Source: an uncultured Gammaproteobacteria bacterium (GTDB taxonomy: Bacteria > Patescibacteriota > Microgenomatia > Levybacterales > GWA1-39-11). Taken from it: DNA of 64,000 bases. Position 1 is the first letter of the stretch. Every line of letters starts with the position of its first letter. This document shows, one piece after another, positions 39,037 through 48,646 of this stretch. Under the pieces are notes generated by a model. It worked only from the letters and a program-made list of their open reading frames with translations. It had not been told where the DNA came from and made no database searches. The stretch lies in assembly GCA_964568885.1 (NCBI GenBank), contig CAZMSF010000001.1, forward strand, positions 5,217 to 69,216, read 5' to 3'. Made by a program: the position numbers and the translations under genes.

Positions 39037-41523
39037 TTAAAAAAGTGAGGTAACGCGGCTCATCAGATATCCAACGCGTTCAATTGAGAACATCCTTTGT
39101 CTGTTGGCAGTTTCATAATTTAAAACGTTAAGAAATGCTCCGGATGTCTCGTCCCAGCTGAAATTTTTTGCCCAGACGTAGGCACTTTTCGAATATGAAG
39201 CCCTCAATTTCTCGTTTCTCATAAGCTTTGTGATAGCATTTGCAAAGCCTTTAGTGTCTTTGACAGGCACAAGAAGACCTGTTTTTCCATGAATTATTGA
39301 GTCTTTCAGTCCATTCGTTTTTGATGCTACAACAGGTGTTTTACAGGCATTTGCCTCAAGGACTGTTATTCCCCACCCTTCAACGTCTGAAGGCTGCACG
39401 GCAACCCAGCTTTCCGAGAGGTGTTTTATTTTTTCTTTTTCGCTTACTTTTCCTAAAAAGCTAACATTATTAGTTAGCTCTGATTTGATAACGATGTCCT
39501 GCAAATCTCTTATAATTTCGCCTTCTCCAACAATAAGAAATCTTGCTTTTTTCACTTTTTCCAAAACGAGAGAGAACGCACGTATCGCAACATCAACATT
39601 TTTGTATGCCTTTAACCGTCCTAAATAAATTAGTTGTGGAACTGAAGACTTTTTAACTCTTCCGGTAACAATCTCAATGCCCGGATTAACAATTTGAATA
39701 TTTTCTTCCTTTGCAATTCCTGCTTTAATAATTTCCTTTTTTGAAGACTCAGAAACCGTTATGACGGTTTTATTGCGGTATACAAGTGGCATCAATTTTC
39801 CTTCGATGAATTTTCCTACATAAGATAATGGAAATCTCATATTTGTGACAAAAACCTCCTGGTGAACGTGATGAATAAGAAGAACAACAGGTTTTGTTGA
39901 GAAAAGCGGGCTAAAAAAGGGAATACCATTCTCAGAATCAACAATTACATCAAAGTTCCGTCTGAACCGAAGGATATAATACAGCGCAGCCCAAGGATAT
40001 ACTGTGTAAAATCCTCCGCGCCTTACTATGTTAACCCCGTCAATTATCTCGTTTCTGTTGTTTTGTCGGTCGTTTCCACAAAATATAGTCACAGAATTTC
40101 CTTCAGTTACCCATCTTTTAGCCAGTTCCTGGACATAGACTTCTGCTCCCCCCGCCCATATATGTTTTGTGTCACGCCAATTAAGAATAAGTATGTTGAG
40201 TCCTGCGGTAGCTTTTTTTCGCTCAAACGGCATAAAAGCCTCAAAAAGATCGCGCATATTCAGAGAAATTGTTGTATAGAACGACTCAAGAAAATGAAGG
40301 AGTCCGATAACCCCAAAACTTATAAGTCCCATAACAACCATTACATTTGAGATATGGCTCAAGGAGTCATGAAATACTAAAATCCCGCCAATTTCACAAA
40401 GCGCAAGTATAAAACTCGCAACAGGCAGAACGTGTTTACCCTTTATTTGGTCAAATGACACAATATTCGTCGCAACTGTAAATGCAACCATAGCGAAAGA
40501 ATAAAAAGGTAAGAGCTCAACGATAGCAGACGCTTTTTTGCCAAAAAGAAATGGCATCGTAAAGTGTCCAAAAGCACCTACCGCTAAAAAGGTAAGAAAA
40601 CTCGATACAAAAGAGGCTAATAGCAATTGGTAGAAAACCTTATGAGAATTTTTTCCGGAACCTTCTTTGTGGCTTACAATCGGCAGGATAAATTGTGCAA
40701 ATAGTGACCCCGCAAAAAACACCATTTTGCCTGAAAGTGACAAAAGTGCATACTGCCCCGCAGCATCCGGAGAGAGAAAATGCTTTGCAAGAATCACGTC
40801 CAATGACAAGTACATAACGGTTGAAATACGGGTCATTGCACTGGAAAGGTAGAATTTGAAAGGAAAGGCAAGAGCCTTCTTCCGGATCCGCATTTTAGGC
40901 CGTTTTACCCGGAGCGCAGCAATAACTATTAAAATGAAAGATAAAGCCGAGGAAAAAACTATTGAAAGATATGCATAGTCATCGTATCCACCCTTTACCA
41001 TCAAGAACGCAATGGCAAATTTAGCAATAGACTCAAAAAGGGTAACAAGAGCCAAATATCCGAATTTGAGATTGCCGGTTAAATAACCACCGTCAACAGA
41101 CGAAAGCAATGTTGTAGCCCAAATCGGTGTAATAAGAAGCACCGGCCAGACGCTACTAATATGGAAAAAGTGGGATATACCGACACTGGCAAGAATCCAG
41201 AGAAATGAAACAATAATTGATACTACAATTGCTTTTTTTCGAAGGTACTGCCAAAAAGCAGTTGCAGGCTTATTGTATTTGCCAAAGTGATACGCGCTCT
41301 TATAGACTACTGCTTTCCCCAACGCTCCAACGGGAATATCGGTAATCGAGAGAATTCCACCGATAAGGCTTATGAGTGCAAAATCCTCAAGACTTACTGA
41401 TCTTCCTAAAAATGCGTTGTAGAGGAGATTAAAGACGTTGGATAATGCAGTTGCAAGCAGAATAAGACCTGCCCTTTTCTTCAAAGCATTATCCGTTCCA
41501 TTAATTTTTCTAAATAAATTCAT
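39037..41523 (-). CDS. Fusion protein: Wzx-like polysaccharide flippase (N-terminal roughly 400 aa, about 12 TM) plus GT4 glycosyltransferase (C-terminal)
   Basis: MATE/Wzx-like TM region; C-terminal EGWGITVLEANACKTPVVAS GT4 motif. Confidence 0.65.
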   Translation of the reverse strand: MNLFRKINGTDNALKKRAGLILLATALSNVFNLLYNAFLGRSVSLEDFALISLIGGILSITDIPVGALGKAVVYKSAYHFGKYNKPATAFWQYLRKKAIVVSIIVSFLWILASVGISHFFHISSVWPVLLITPIWATTLLSSVDGGYLTGNLKFGYLALVTLFESIAKFAIAFLMVKGGYDDYAYLSIVFSSALSFILIVIAALRVKRPKMRIRKKALAFPFKFYLSSAMTRISTVMYLSLDVILAKHFLSPDAAGQYALLSLSGKMVFFAGSLFAQFILPIVSHKEGSGKNSHKVFYQLLLASFVSSFLTFLAVGAFGHFTMPFLFGKKASAIVELLPFYSFAMVAFTVATNIVSFDQIKGKHVLPVASFILALCEIGGILVFHDSLSHISNVMVVMGLISFGVIGLLHFLESFYTTISLNMRDLFEAFMPFERKKATAGLNILILNWRDTKHIWAGGAEVYVQELAKRWVTEGNSVTIFCGNDRQNNRNEIIDGVNIVRRGGFYTVYPWAALYYILRFRRNFDVIVDSENGIPFFSPLFSTKPVVLLIHHVHQEVFVTNMRFPLSYVGKFIEGKLMPLVYRNKTVITVSESSKKEIIKAGIAKEENIQIVNPGIEIVTGRVKKSSVPQLIYLGRLKAYKNVDVAIRAFSLVLEKVKKARFLIVGEGEIIRDLQDIVIKSELTNNVSFLGKVSEKEKIKHLSESWVAVQPSDVEGWGITVLEANACKTPVVASKTNGLKDSIIHGKTGLLVPVKDTKGFANAITKLMRNEKLRASYSKSAYVWAKNFSWDETSGAFLNVLNYETANRQRMFSIERVGYLMSRVTSLF

Positions 41524-41537
41524 ATTTTGTGCCTAGA

Positions 41538-43781
41538 TTAGGCGAATAATGACATCCCTAGTCTTACGGGAATAGATATAATTCTTGGCAAACCGAACAC
41601 TGCCCGTTGCTCTTTTTGTTTTTTTATATGGAGTCCATGTGTTGTTTTTTCCCAATAATGAGGCTTGAGAATGAGCTGGTACAAAGCATAGAATCCTGCA
41701 AATGAAATCATGAGCCAATAGAACGGTACAAAGAATATGTATTTAATAAGCGAATATTGTTCGCGTTTCATAAGCCCAATCATGTAGTAATAAAGGTAAA
41801 GAAAATTCCCAAACACCAATGAGAATCCGGCCATATAGAAAACGACAGCAGGATACAGCCTCTCAATTGCTGGCCCGACGTACGCGTAAAGCGCAAAATA
41901 TGAAAAAGTCGCAAGCCACAAGAAAGGATTTATGAGGATAAATGCGATTTTCCCTCCCAAAATCAGGTTGAACAGGAATGCGTGGTGCCTGTTGGTCTTG
42001 ACGAATTGATATGGATTTCTCGTGTGAACCAAATACGTTTGCATGTACCCCTTTATCCACCGGGAGCGTTGTCTAACCCAATTTCCCCACTTTGAATTTG
42101 CCTCCTCAAGCGTGGTCGAGTCGATAATTGCAGTCCTGAATCCTTCTTTAAATAGCCTTACGCCAAGATCTGCATCCTCTGTTACATTAAAAGGATCCCA
42201 TCCGCGAAGAGAAATCAAATCGGCAGTTCTGAAATGGTTTGAGGTTCCACCGAGGGGAATTGACGTATTAATGGATTGGTAGCCTGTAAGCGTTACGTCA
42301 AACCACAAAGAGTATTCCGCCGTAAAAAAGCGGGTCAAAAGATTTTGGTGAGGATTATGGTAATTAAGCTTTGCTTGCAAGCACTTGACCTTGCTACCTG
42401 CCTTTTTGAAGGCAAGATATGCTTTTTTAAGCTGCAGTGGGTCCGGTATGTCCTCAGCGTCATAAATAACCAAATATTCACCTTCCGCATACGACAGACC
42501 GTAATTACACGCTTTCGGCTTGGTTTTGGGCTGTGAATTCGGCACTACAATTGTGCGCACGAATGACGGTAAATCGAGTGCGGACGCGACTTCTTGCGAA
42601 TCTTTATCGTCCTCCTCAAGCAAAAGTAAAACATCAAGCTTGCTCTTTGGCCATGAGATATCCTCTATTGCTTTTACGAATTGAGGAATTATGTGCCCCT
42701 CTTTGTACAACGGGCACAAAATCGTATACATCGGAAGATTGTCTTCATCCAGCTTTTCTATCGCTTCATCGCTGACAGCTATCTCCTGAGGATTATTAAG
42801 ACTTTTTAGAATCAAAAACGCATTGAAGATAACATCTAAAAAGTAGACAGTCGATAGAAAGGCAATAAGAAGCCCTAACGTTGCCATGAAATTTACAATA
42901 AGCCCAACAGCAACAGTAGCAATGAGAAACCCAATGAATAACTTTTGCCTCAAAAGGAATGTCCTTATTGCGCTTTTTCCATGAGGGAGCGTTGTGTGAG
43001 TGTAAAATTGTCGTCTTTTAAATCCGATTCCTGCACCAACCATCCCTCTTTTTGCATTAGCGGGAAGTGCGACCGGATGGATTTTCTTAAATTTGAACTT
43101 CAATGCATTAAGACCGATTTCGAATGATGTTTTTATTGATTCTACCTTTGAACTTCCTTTCTTTCTTTTTGCAAAAGCAATATCATAGGAGCTTGTTTGA
43201 AATCCTGCTTCACGGGTGCGGTGAAGAAACTCCAAGTCAAAAGTCCACTGAGAAGAAGGGGAGAACCGTACGACGTCAATTACCCTTTTTCTGAAAACTT
43301 TCAATCCGGACTGCACATCCTCCGAAATACCAAAAAGCATTTTTCCGAACACTTTTCTAAAAGTCGTGCTCATAAAACGCCTGGAAAACGTGTCTTTGTA
43401 TTTTTTTCTGTTGGCAACAACTATATCGGCATTTCCAAGTTTTTCTGCCATCGGAAGGAGCGCTTCGGGTGGATACTGCAAATCTGCGTCAATGATGGCA
43501 ATGTTGTCGAATTCAGCTTTCAAAAATCCTTCAAGAAGAGAATACGCCTTGCCCTTTTTTCCTATCTTCGTAAAAAACTTTACAGGGTATGCTTCGCAAA
43601 GCGCTTTGATACGAAGCGGCGTGCGGTCGGTGGATTTATCGTCAATGAAAATTATTTCGTATTTATAGCCGGCCGGGAAAAGCGTACTATTGATACGAAC
43701 AACAAGCTCTTCAACATTATCAACCTCATTATATGTTGGAACTATAACTGACAATTCCTTTTTGAATACCTTTTTGTCCAT
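41538..43781 (-). CDS. Dual GT2 fusion: Dpm1-like polyprenyl-phosphate glycosyltransferase domain plus TM region plus processive synthase-like GT2
   Basis: N-domain SVIVPTYNE...FIDDKSTDRT...IDADLQ; C-domain DAEDIPD and QRSRWIKG (QxxRW). Confidence 0.7.
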   Translation of the reverse strand: MDKKVFKKELSVIVPTYNEVDNVEELVVRINSTLFPAGYKYEIIFIDDKSTDRTPLRIKALCEAYPVKFFTKIGKKGKAYSLLEGFLKAEFDNIAIIDADLQYPPEALLPMAEKLGNADIVVANRKKYKDTFSRRFMSTTFRKVFGKMLFGISEDVQSGLKVFRKRVIDVVRFSPSSQWTFDLEFLHRTREAGFQTSSYDIAFAKRKKGSSKVESIKTSFEIGLNALKFKFKKIHPVALPANAKRGMVGAGIGFKRRQFYTHTTLPHGKSAIRTFLLRQKLFIGFLIATVAVGLIVNFMATLGLLIAFLSTVYFLDVIFNAFLILKSLNNPQEIAVSDEAIEKLDEDNLPMYTILCPLYKEGHIIPQFVKAIEDISWPKSKLDVLLLLEEDDKDSQEVASALDLPSFVRTIVVPNSQPKTKPKACNYGLSYAEGEYLVIYDAEDIPDPLQLKKAYLAFKKAGSKVKCLQAKLNYHNPHQNLLTRFFTAEYSLWFDVTLTGYQSINTSIPLGGTSNHFRTADLISLRGWDPFNVTEDADLGVRLFKEGFRTAIIDSTTLEEANSKWGNWVRQRSRWIKGYMQTYLVHTRNPYQFVKTNRHHAFLFNLILGGKIAFILINPFLWLATFSYFALYAYVGPAIERLYPAVVFYMAGFSLVFGNFLYLYYYMIGLMKREQYSLIKYIFFVPFYWLMISFAGFYALYQLILKPHYWEKTTHGLHIKKQKEQRAVFGLPRIISIPVRLGMSLFA

Positions 43782-43990
43782 TATGCGTGCCCTCCTACTT
43801 TGTGAAACTGAATGAAATCGTCAAGAGAAGTATTCGAAACCCGATAATGTCCCCCAAATTCCACAGCCTCAAGCTGTCCCTCTTTTATGTATTTGTAAAT
43901 GGTGAGCACAGACAAACGAAGAAGCTCCGCCACCTCATGGACGGTTAAAAAATCACTTTTCCCTGTTGTTTTTGAAGTTGGATTGCTCAA
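43781..43990 (-). CDS. Helix-turn-helix DNA-binding protein (excisionase/MerR-like HTH_17 family)
   Basis: FLTVHEVAELLRLSVLTIYKYIKEGQLEAVEFGGHYRV pattern. Confidence 0.6.
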   Translation of the reverse strand: MSNPTSKTTGKSDFLTVHEVAELLRLSVLTIYKYIKEGQLEAVEFGGHYRVSNTSLDDFIQFHKVGGHA

Positions 43991-44176
43991 AATTGAATAT
44001 AAACCTATAAGGTTTTAATATAAGCTGTTGATTATAAGCTAGTTTGATATAGTTGTCAACTATAGGATGAGGTTTTCTAATGAATATTTTTATCAACTAT
44101 GGTTGAGTTATTTTTAGTATTGTTAGATTTTTCCCTTTTTGGCAGCCTGATTTTGCACAATGTATAATGCTTCATA

Positions 44177-44380
44177 GTGATAGAAAATAAGTTAGTTAAA
44201 TTCAGAGCCAAAAAAAATATGACCCAAGAGGAACTTGCGGGAGTTTTGGGTATAACACGTCAAACGGTAATTGCAATAGAAAAGGGTAATTACTCTCCCT
44301 CAGTACTACTTGCATTGCGGATTGCAAAATTCTTTAATGTAAAGGTAGAGGATATTTTTAAACTAAAAAATGAAGGATAA
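44177..44380 (+). CDS. XRE-family HTH transcriptional regulator (leaderless, GTG start)
   Basis: MTQEELAGVLGITRQTVIAIEKG HTH_3; TGTATAAT extended -10 ten nt upstream. Confidence 0.8.
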   Translation: MIENKLVKFRAKKNMTQEELAGVLGITRQTVIAIEKGNYSPSVLLALRIAKFFNVKVEDIFKLKNEG

Positions 44381-44738
44381 ATCAGTGCTACTTGAAATTA
44401 TTATAGCCTTATTTCTGATTGGGTTTCTTATCCTTTTTCTTTCTCCTATTGATCTTCTGATGCCTATGACAACCGGCACCATGTCAATACTGTTGGTTGC
44501 TGTTTTATTTATGGTATTTTCCTCGCTGGTATTTCGTGAAAAGTCCCGGGATGAGCGGGAAAATGTTCTTAAAATGAATGCCGGTAGGATTTCATTTCTC
44601 GCAGGAAGCATAATCGCCGTAATTGGCATTCTCTATCAAAGTACAACCCACAACATTGACCCTTGGTTAGTATATACATTGATAGGAATGATTTTAGCCA
44701 AAACCACTACCAGACTGTACTCTTCATACCGTAGTTAA
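44370..44738 (+). CDS. DUF2178-like small membrane protein paired with the XRE regulator
   Basis: Overlaps XRE gene end; four predicted TM helices. Confidence 0.45.
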   Translation: MKDKSVLLEIIIALFLIGFLILFLSPIDLLMPMTTGTMSILLVAVLFMVFSSLVFREKSRDERENVLKMNAGRISFLAGSIIAVIGILYQSTTHNIDPWLVYTLIGMILAKTTTRLYSSYRS

Positions 44739-44792
44739 CCGGATATGTAAAGTTGACTTGACATTTTGCAACTGTAACTGTACTCTTTTACT

Positions 44793-46514
44793 ATGCTTCT
44801 TTTAATTATATTTGCTTTCATAGCGGGTTTTGTAACCGTACTCTCCCCCTGCATCCTGCCTGTTCTACCTATTGTTCTTTCGGGTTCTCTTCAAGGGGGT
44901 CACAGACGGCCAATAGGCATAGTAACGGGTTTTATAGTGAGCTTTTCTCTTTTTACTTTGTTTCTTACAGCTTTAGTTAAGGCGACGGGTATTCCGGCAG
45001 ATTTTTTAAGAACTCTTTCTGTAGTAATTATTGTTTTATTTGGATTCAGCTTGTTACTACCAAATTTTCAGGTTCTTATGGAAAAAATATTTACAAAGCT
45101 ATCAGGTCTTGTTTCAAGGAATTCAACACAAGCAACAGGATTTTGGAGCGGCCTTGTACTCGGAGTTAGCCTGGGGTTAGTGTGGACTCCCTGCGTTGGA
45201 CCAATTATTGCTTCGGTAATAACTTTGGCTGCAACAAGCTCAGTGAACGGAAGCTCAATTTTAATTACTTTTGCTTACAGTCTTGGTACCGCAATACCAA
45301 TGTTTGCCATCACTTACGGAGGGCGTACTCTTTTGCAAAAAGTGCCTTTCTTGCTTAAAAATACCACAAATATCCAAAAGGCATTTGGGATCCTCATGAT
45401 TTTAGTTGCTGTAGGTATTTTCTTTAATTTAGATAGAAAATTTCAAACCCTGGTGCTTGATAAATTTCCACTCTATGGAACCGGTCTAACTAAAATAGAA
45501 GACAATGACCTCGTCAAAAACTCTTTAAAAGCTTTAAATGCACCACAAGTCGACAAAAATATGATAGGCAAACCAATGCCTGATAATAACCAGTATCCGT
45601 CTGCTCCTGAAATAATAACAGGAGGCAAATGGTTTAATTCGCAACCCTTAACGGTCTCAAGCCTCAAGGGAAAGGTGGTTCTTGTCGATTTCTGGACGTA
45701 TACCTGCATAAATTGCATAAGAACTCTACCCTACATAAAAGCGTGGAATGAAAAATATAAAGACAAAGGGCTTGTCATAATTGGGGTTCACACACCCGAA
45801 TTTGAATTCGAAAAGAATGCAAACAACGTAGAGAAAGCTTTGAAAGACTTTAAGATAACTTACCCCGTTGTTCAGGATAATGATTATGCCACATGGAACT
45901 CATACGAAAATCAGTATTGGCCTGCAAAATATCTTATCGATAAGAACGGGAAGATACGGATGACCCATTTTGGCGAAGGAGAATACGATGCGACAGAGAA
46001 AAAAATTCAGGAATTACTGAAAGAAACAGGAGCAACGGTAAATGAAAAAGTCCAAAACAAAGAATACACCGTCGACACACTCTCTCCCGAAACCTATTTG
46101 GGGTATGACAGACTCGGTAATTTCGCCTCAAAAGAGCAGGCACAACTCGACACCGTCTTCACGTATTCTCTTCCCGACAAGCTTTCATTTAATGCTTTTG
46201 CTTACGAGGGGAAATGGAACATCGGACGTACGACTGCTATGCCTTTCTCAAATTCATTACTCGCGTATCATTTTAATGCTAAAGACGTCTACCTTGTCAT
46301 AAACAGCAAAAACGGTAATTCCAAGATAAAAGTGTTGTTAGATGGCATTATGCTACCGGAAAATCAGGCTGGAGATGACGTAAGCGGCGGAGAGGTGACC
46401 GTGAATGAAAACAGACTTTATCACTTACTCCATTTTCAGAAAGCGGAAGAGCACGTTTTGCAGCTTATTTTTCTCGACGACAATTCCATGGTGTTTGCTT
46501 TCACCTTTGGGTAA
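44793..46514 (+). CDS. DipZ-like fusion: CcdA/DsbD-type thiol-disulfide transporter domain plus thioredoxin-like (redoxin) domain plus C-terminal domain
   Basis: LSPCILPVLP CcdA motif, second Cys region (TPCVGP), redoxin WTYTCINC CxxC. Confidence 0.75.
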   Translation: MLLLIIFAFIAGFVTVLSPCILPVLPIVLSGSLQGGHRRPIGIVTGFIVSFSLFTLFLTALVKATGIPADFLRTLSVVIIVLFGFSLLLPNFQVLMEKIFTKLSGLVSRNSTQATGFWSGLVLGVSLGLVWTPCVGPIIASVITLAATSSVNGSSILITFAYSLGTAIPMFAITYGGRTLLQKVPFLLKNTTNIQKAFGILMILVAVGIFFNLDRKFQTLVLDKFPLYGTGLTKIEDNDLVKNSLKALNAPQVDKNMIGKPMPDNNQYPSAPEIITGGKWFNSQPLTVSSLKGKVVLVDFWTYTCINCIRTLPYIKAWNEKYKDKGLVIIGVHTPEFEFEKNANNVEKALKDFKITYPVVQDNDYATWNSYENQYWPAKYLIDKNGKIRMTHFGEGEYDATEKKIQELLKETGATVNEKVQNKEYTVDTLSPETYLGYDRLGNFASKEQAQLDTVFTYSLPDKLSFNAFAYEGKWNIGRTTAMPFSNSLLAYHFNAKDVYLVINSKNGNSKIKVLLDGIMLPENQAGDDVSGGEVTVNENRLYHLLHFQKAEEHVLQLIFLDDNSMVFAFTFG

Positions 46515-46563
46515 CAAAGGCAAGCTCTGCTTACCTTTGGGTAACAAAGGCAAGCTCAGCTTA
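46504..46563. repeat. 30-nt tandem direct repeat (2 units, 29/30 identical) spanning the stop codons of convergent dipZ-like and murF genes; contains the GCAAGCTCTGCTTAC element and CCTTTG/CAAAGG hairpin
   Basis: CCTTTGGGTAACAAAGGCAAGCTCTGCTTA at 46504-46533 and again at 46534-46563. Confidence 0.7.
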
Positions 46564-47932
46564 CAGAGAAGAAATCTTGCTTTGTCTTCATCCAATAATC
46601 TTCTTGCCGGGTCAGCTGCTTCGCATCCAGAGGATTTTCAAGCAAAAATTTGATTGCCTCCTCAAGATACAATGTATTTTGGGAGCCCTTCACAAGCACT
46701 ATCGCATTCTCGGGAAGCTCTTCCTTTATATGAAGCGCTGCTTGCACGGCATTCTTGTAGGCCTCAACCTTCCTTGTTTTCCCTTTCTTACCGACAAATT
46801 CCTTCACACGAGGGACAACGAATTCAGTCGTTAAAGGGCCTACACAGTACAGCTCGTCAACCACCCCAATCAATGCCCCTGCAACCTCCTCATGCTCGGC
46901 TTTAGACTCGTTCCCAAGCTCTCTCATGTCCCCCATTAGAAATACAGCAGGTCTTCCTGTTTTTTCCTTAAGATTTTTTAAAAGCTCAAGAAAGGAAAGC
47001 ACGGTGCTTTTTGAGGAGTTGTACGATGAATCGATGATAAGAGAATTCTTAATCCCGGCAAATAGTGACGAACGTCCTTTGGGAATAGTAAAATTTTTCT
47101 CCAGCGCTTCTTTTATTTGAGAGTAGGACAATCCAAGAGCGTGAGCAGCCAAGAGAACAGATGCAAAACTTTCCCGGGACGCAGGGGGCAGTAACACTCC
47201 GGGAAATGAAAGTTCAAGTGTCCTATTCATTTTTTGGCCCGGAATTATGTAAGTAAATTTTGTTTTCTTGGTTGTGACAGCATAATCTCCATAGTAAATT
47301 GAATTCCTCTTGTCCGTTCCGAACGTTTGAAGAATCAAAGACTCACTTCTGGCCTTTTTTTCAATTTTTTCGACCAACCGCAAATCATCTTTGTTATAAA
47401 TTCCCACTTTTGTGTATCCGTTGGTGATGATTTTGCTATCCTCCTCGGCAATTTTTCCTAATATGAACTCGAGAGAGTCTTTTGTGTGTTTTTTGAGAAG
47501 TTTTTCGAATTGAGCAGTATGTGTTGCTGTTGCATTTAAATCAATACTCATATCGGGCTTTACTATCGTCAGAAGATAGGACATGTTTTTGGGGGGATAC
47601 GGATCATCAATGCCCATTTCTACGATAAGATGAGTTATCCCCTTGAGGTGATGGAGTCTGAATGGCGCCCTTAATAGAGTTTTTAGCCAATTCCTTTTGT
47701 CAAACCCTGCAATATCAATGCCAAGAATGCCAAGAGGAACTCCAGTTTCAGAATTTCCACTTACCACTTCCGTCTTGAAAAAATCCTTCAACGCAGCCTG
47801 GAGTGCATTTCTGGTTGATGATTTGCCTACAGAACCTGCCACACCGATAACATATGGCCTATGAAGCATCAGAGCAAGCCTTGCCCAAAGCCGAAGATAT
47901 GATAATACCACTTTCACGAGAAAATCCCGCAT
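46556..47932 (-). CDS. murF: UDP-N-acetylmuramoyl-tripeptide--D-alanyl-D-alanine ligase
   Basis: Mur ligase P-loop IGVAGSVGKSST and C-terminal FLMGDMRELGNESKAEHEEV block. Confidence 0.7.
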   Translation of the reverse strand: MRDFLVKVVLSYLRLWARLALMLHRPYVIGVAGSVGKSSTRNALQAALKDFFKTEVVSGNSETGVPLGILGIDIAGFDKRNWLKTLLRAPFRLHHLKGITHLIVEMGIDDPYPPKNMSYLLTIVKPDMSIDLNATATHTAQFEKLLKKHTKDSLEFILGKIAEEDSKIITNGYTKVGIYNKDDLRLVEKIEKKARSESLILQTFGTDKRNSIYYGDYAVTTKKTKFTYIIPGQKMNRTLELSFPGVLLPPASRESFASVLLAAHALGLSYSQIKEALEKNFTIPKGRSSLFAGIKNSLIIDSSYNSSKSTVLSFLELLKNLKEKTGRPAVFLMGDMRELGNESKAEHEEVAGALIGVVDELYCVGPLTTEFVVPRVKEFVGKKGKTRKVEAYKNAVQAALHIKEELPENAIVLVKGSQNTLYLEEAIKFLLENPLDAKQLTRQEDYWMKTKQDFFSVS

Positions 47933-48032
47933 GAAGTTATTTTAACACAGGCTTTGCTATCAAGCGTTGATTGGGCAATTTATGTAATCAGGACTTGACG
48001 AGTATTGGTTCTCTCATATATATTAGGTATCT

Positions 48033-48515
48033 ATGGATGACAACTCATTACAGGACGCACCTGTTGTTGATGGAGAGCTTGCGGTAACAACGCAGGAAGA
48101 AGGAGTAGCCTCTACCCAACCACAAAATCAGGCAGAACTTGTCGTTTCCTTGACAAATCTCATCAATTCAAATTTGACAGAAATCGGCAATCTCGAGAAA
48201 GAAATGGCAAAGCATAAAGAGATGATTGATAGTGTTCTTGAAAATGATGCCACATACAAACAGCACGCCGAAGCTTCAAAAGAAGCGGCCCGAGTAAAGG
48301 GCGCGACAAAGAAGGAGATTTTCAAGAGGCCCGACGTAAAACACGTCGTTGAAAAACTCAATGAATTGAAGGAAAATTTGGCAGATACGAGAGACGAATT
48401 GTCAAATTACATCCAAGAATACGCACAAACCTCAGGACAGAATTATTTTGAGGCTGAAGACGGAACCATACAGGAAATAATCTACGTTGCAAAGCTCCGC
48501 AAAAAGGCCGTTTAG
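48033..48515 (+). CDS. Hypothetical acidic coiled-coil protein
   Basis: ORF with heptad-like K/E-rich helices; no motif recognised. Confidence 0.3.
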   Translation: MDDNSLQDAPVVDGELAVTTQEEGVASTQPQNQAELVVSLTNLINSNLTEIGNLEKEMAKHKEMIDSVLENDATYKQHAEASKEAARVKGATKKEIFKRPDVKHVVEKLNELKENLADTRDELSNYIQEYAQTSGQNYFEAEDGTIQEIIYVAKLRKKAV

Positions 48516-48646
48516 CTTCTTTTTTTCCAAAAAAAATACCGCAGATAAAATATCATTCTGAGAATTTCCAGTGCAAGGCACCTCTCTTTCAGAAGCTCTA
48601 TCCTGAATTTCTTCAGGACAACATTTTAATGCTGCGGCATTTTATA

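Noticed and set aside
46504-46563. Possible CRISPR array (tandem repeats here and at 54149-54275)
   Set aside because: Only two units each, units are non-identical or degenerate, spacers are not unique-length, and there are no cas genes or leader. Better explained as the palindromic-element duplications.
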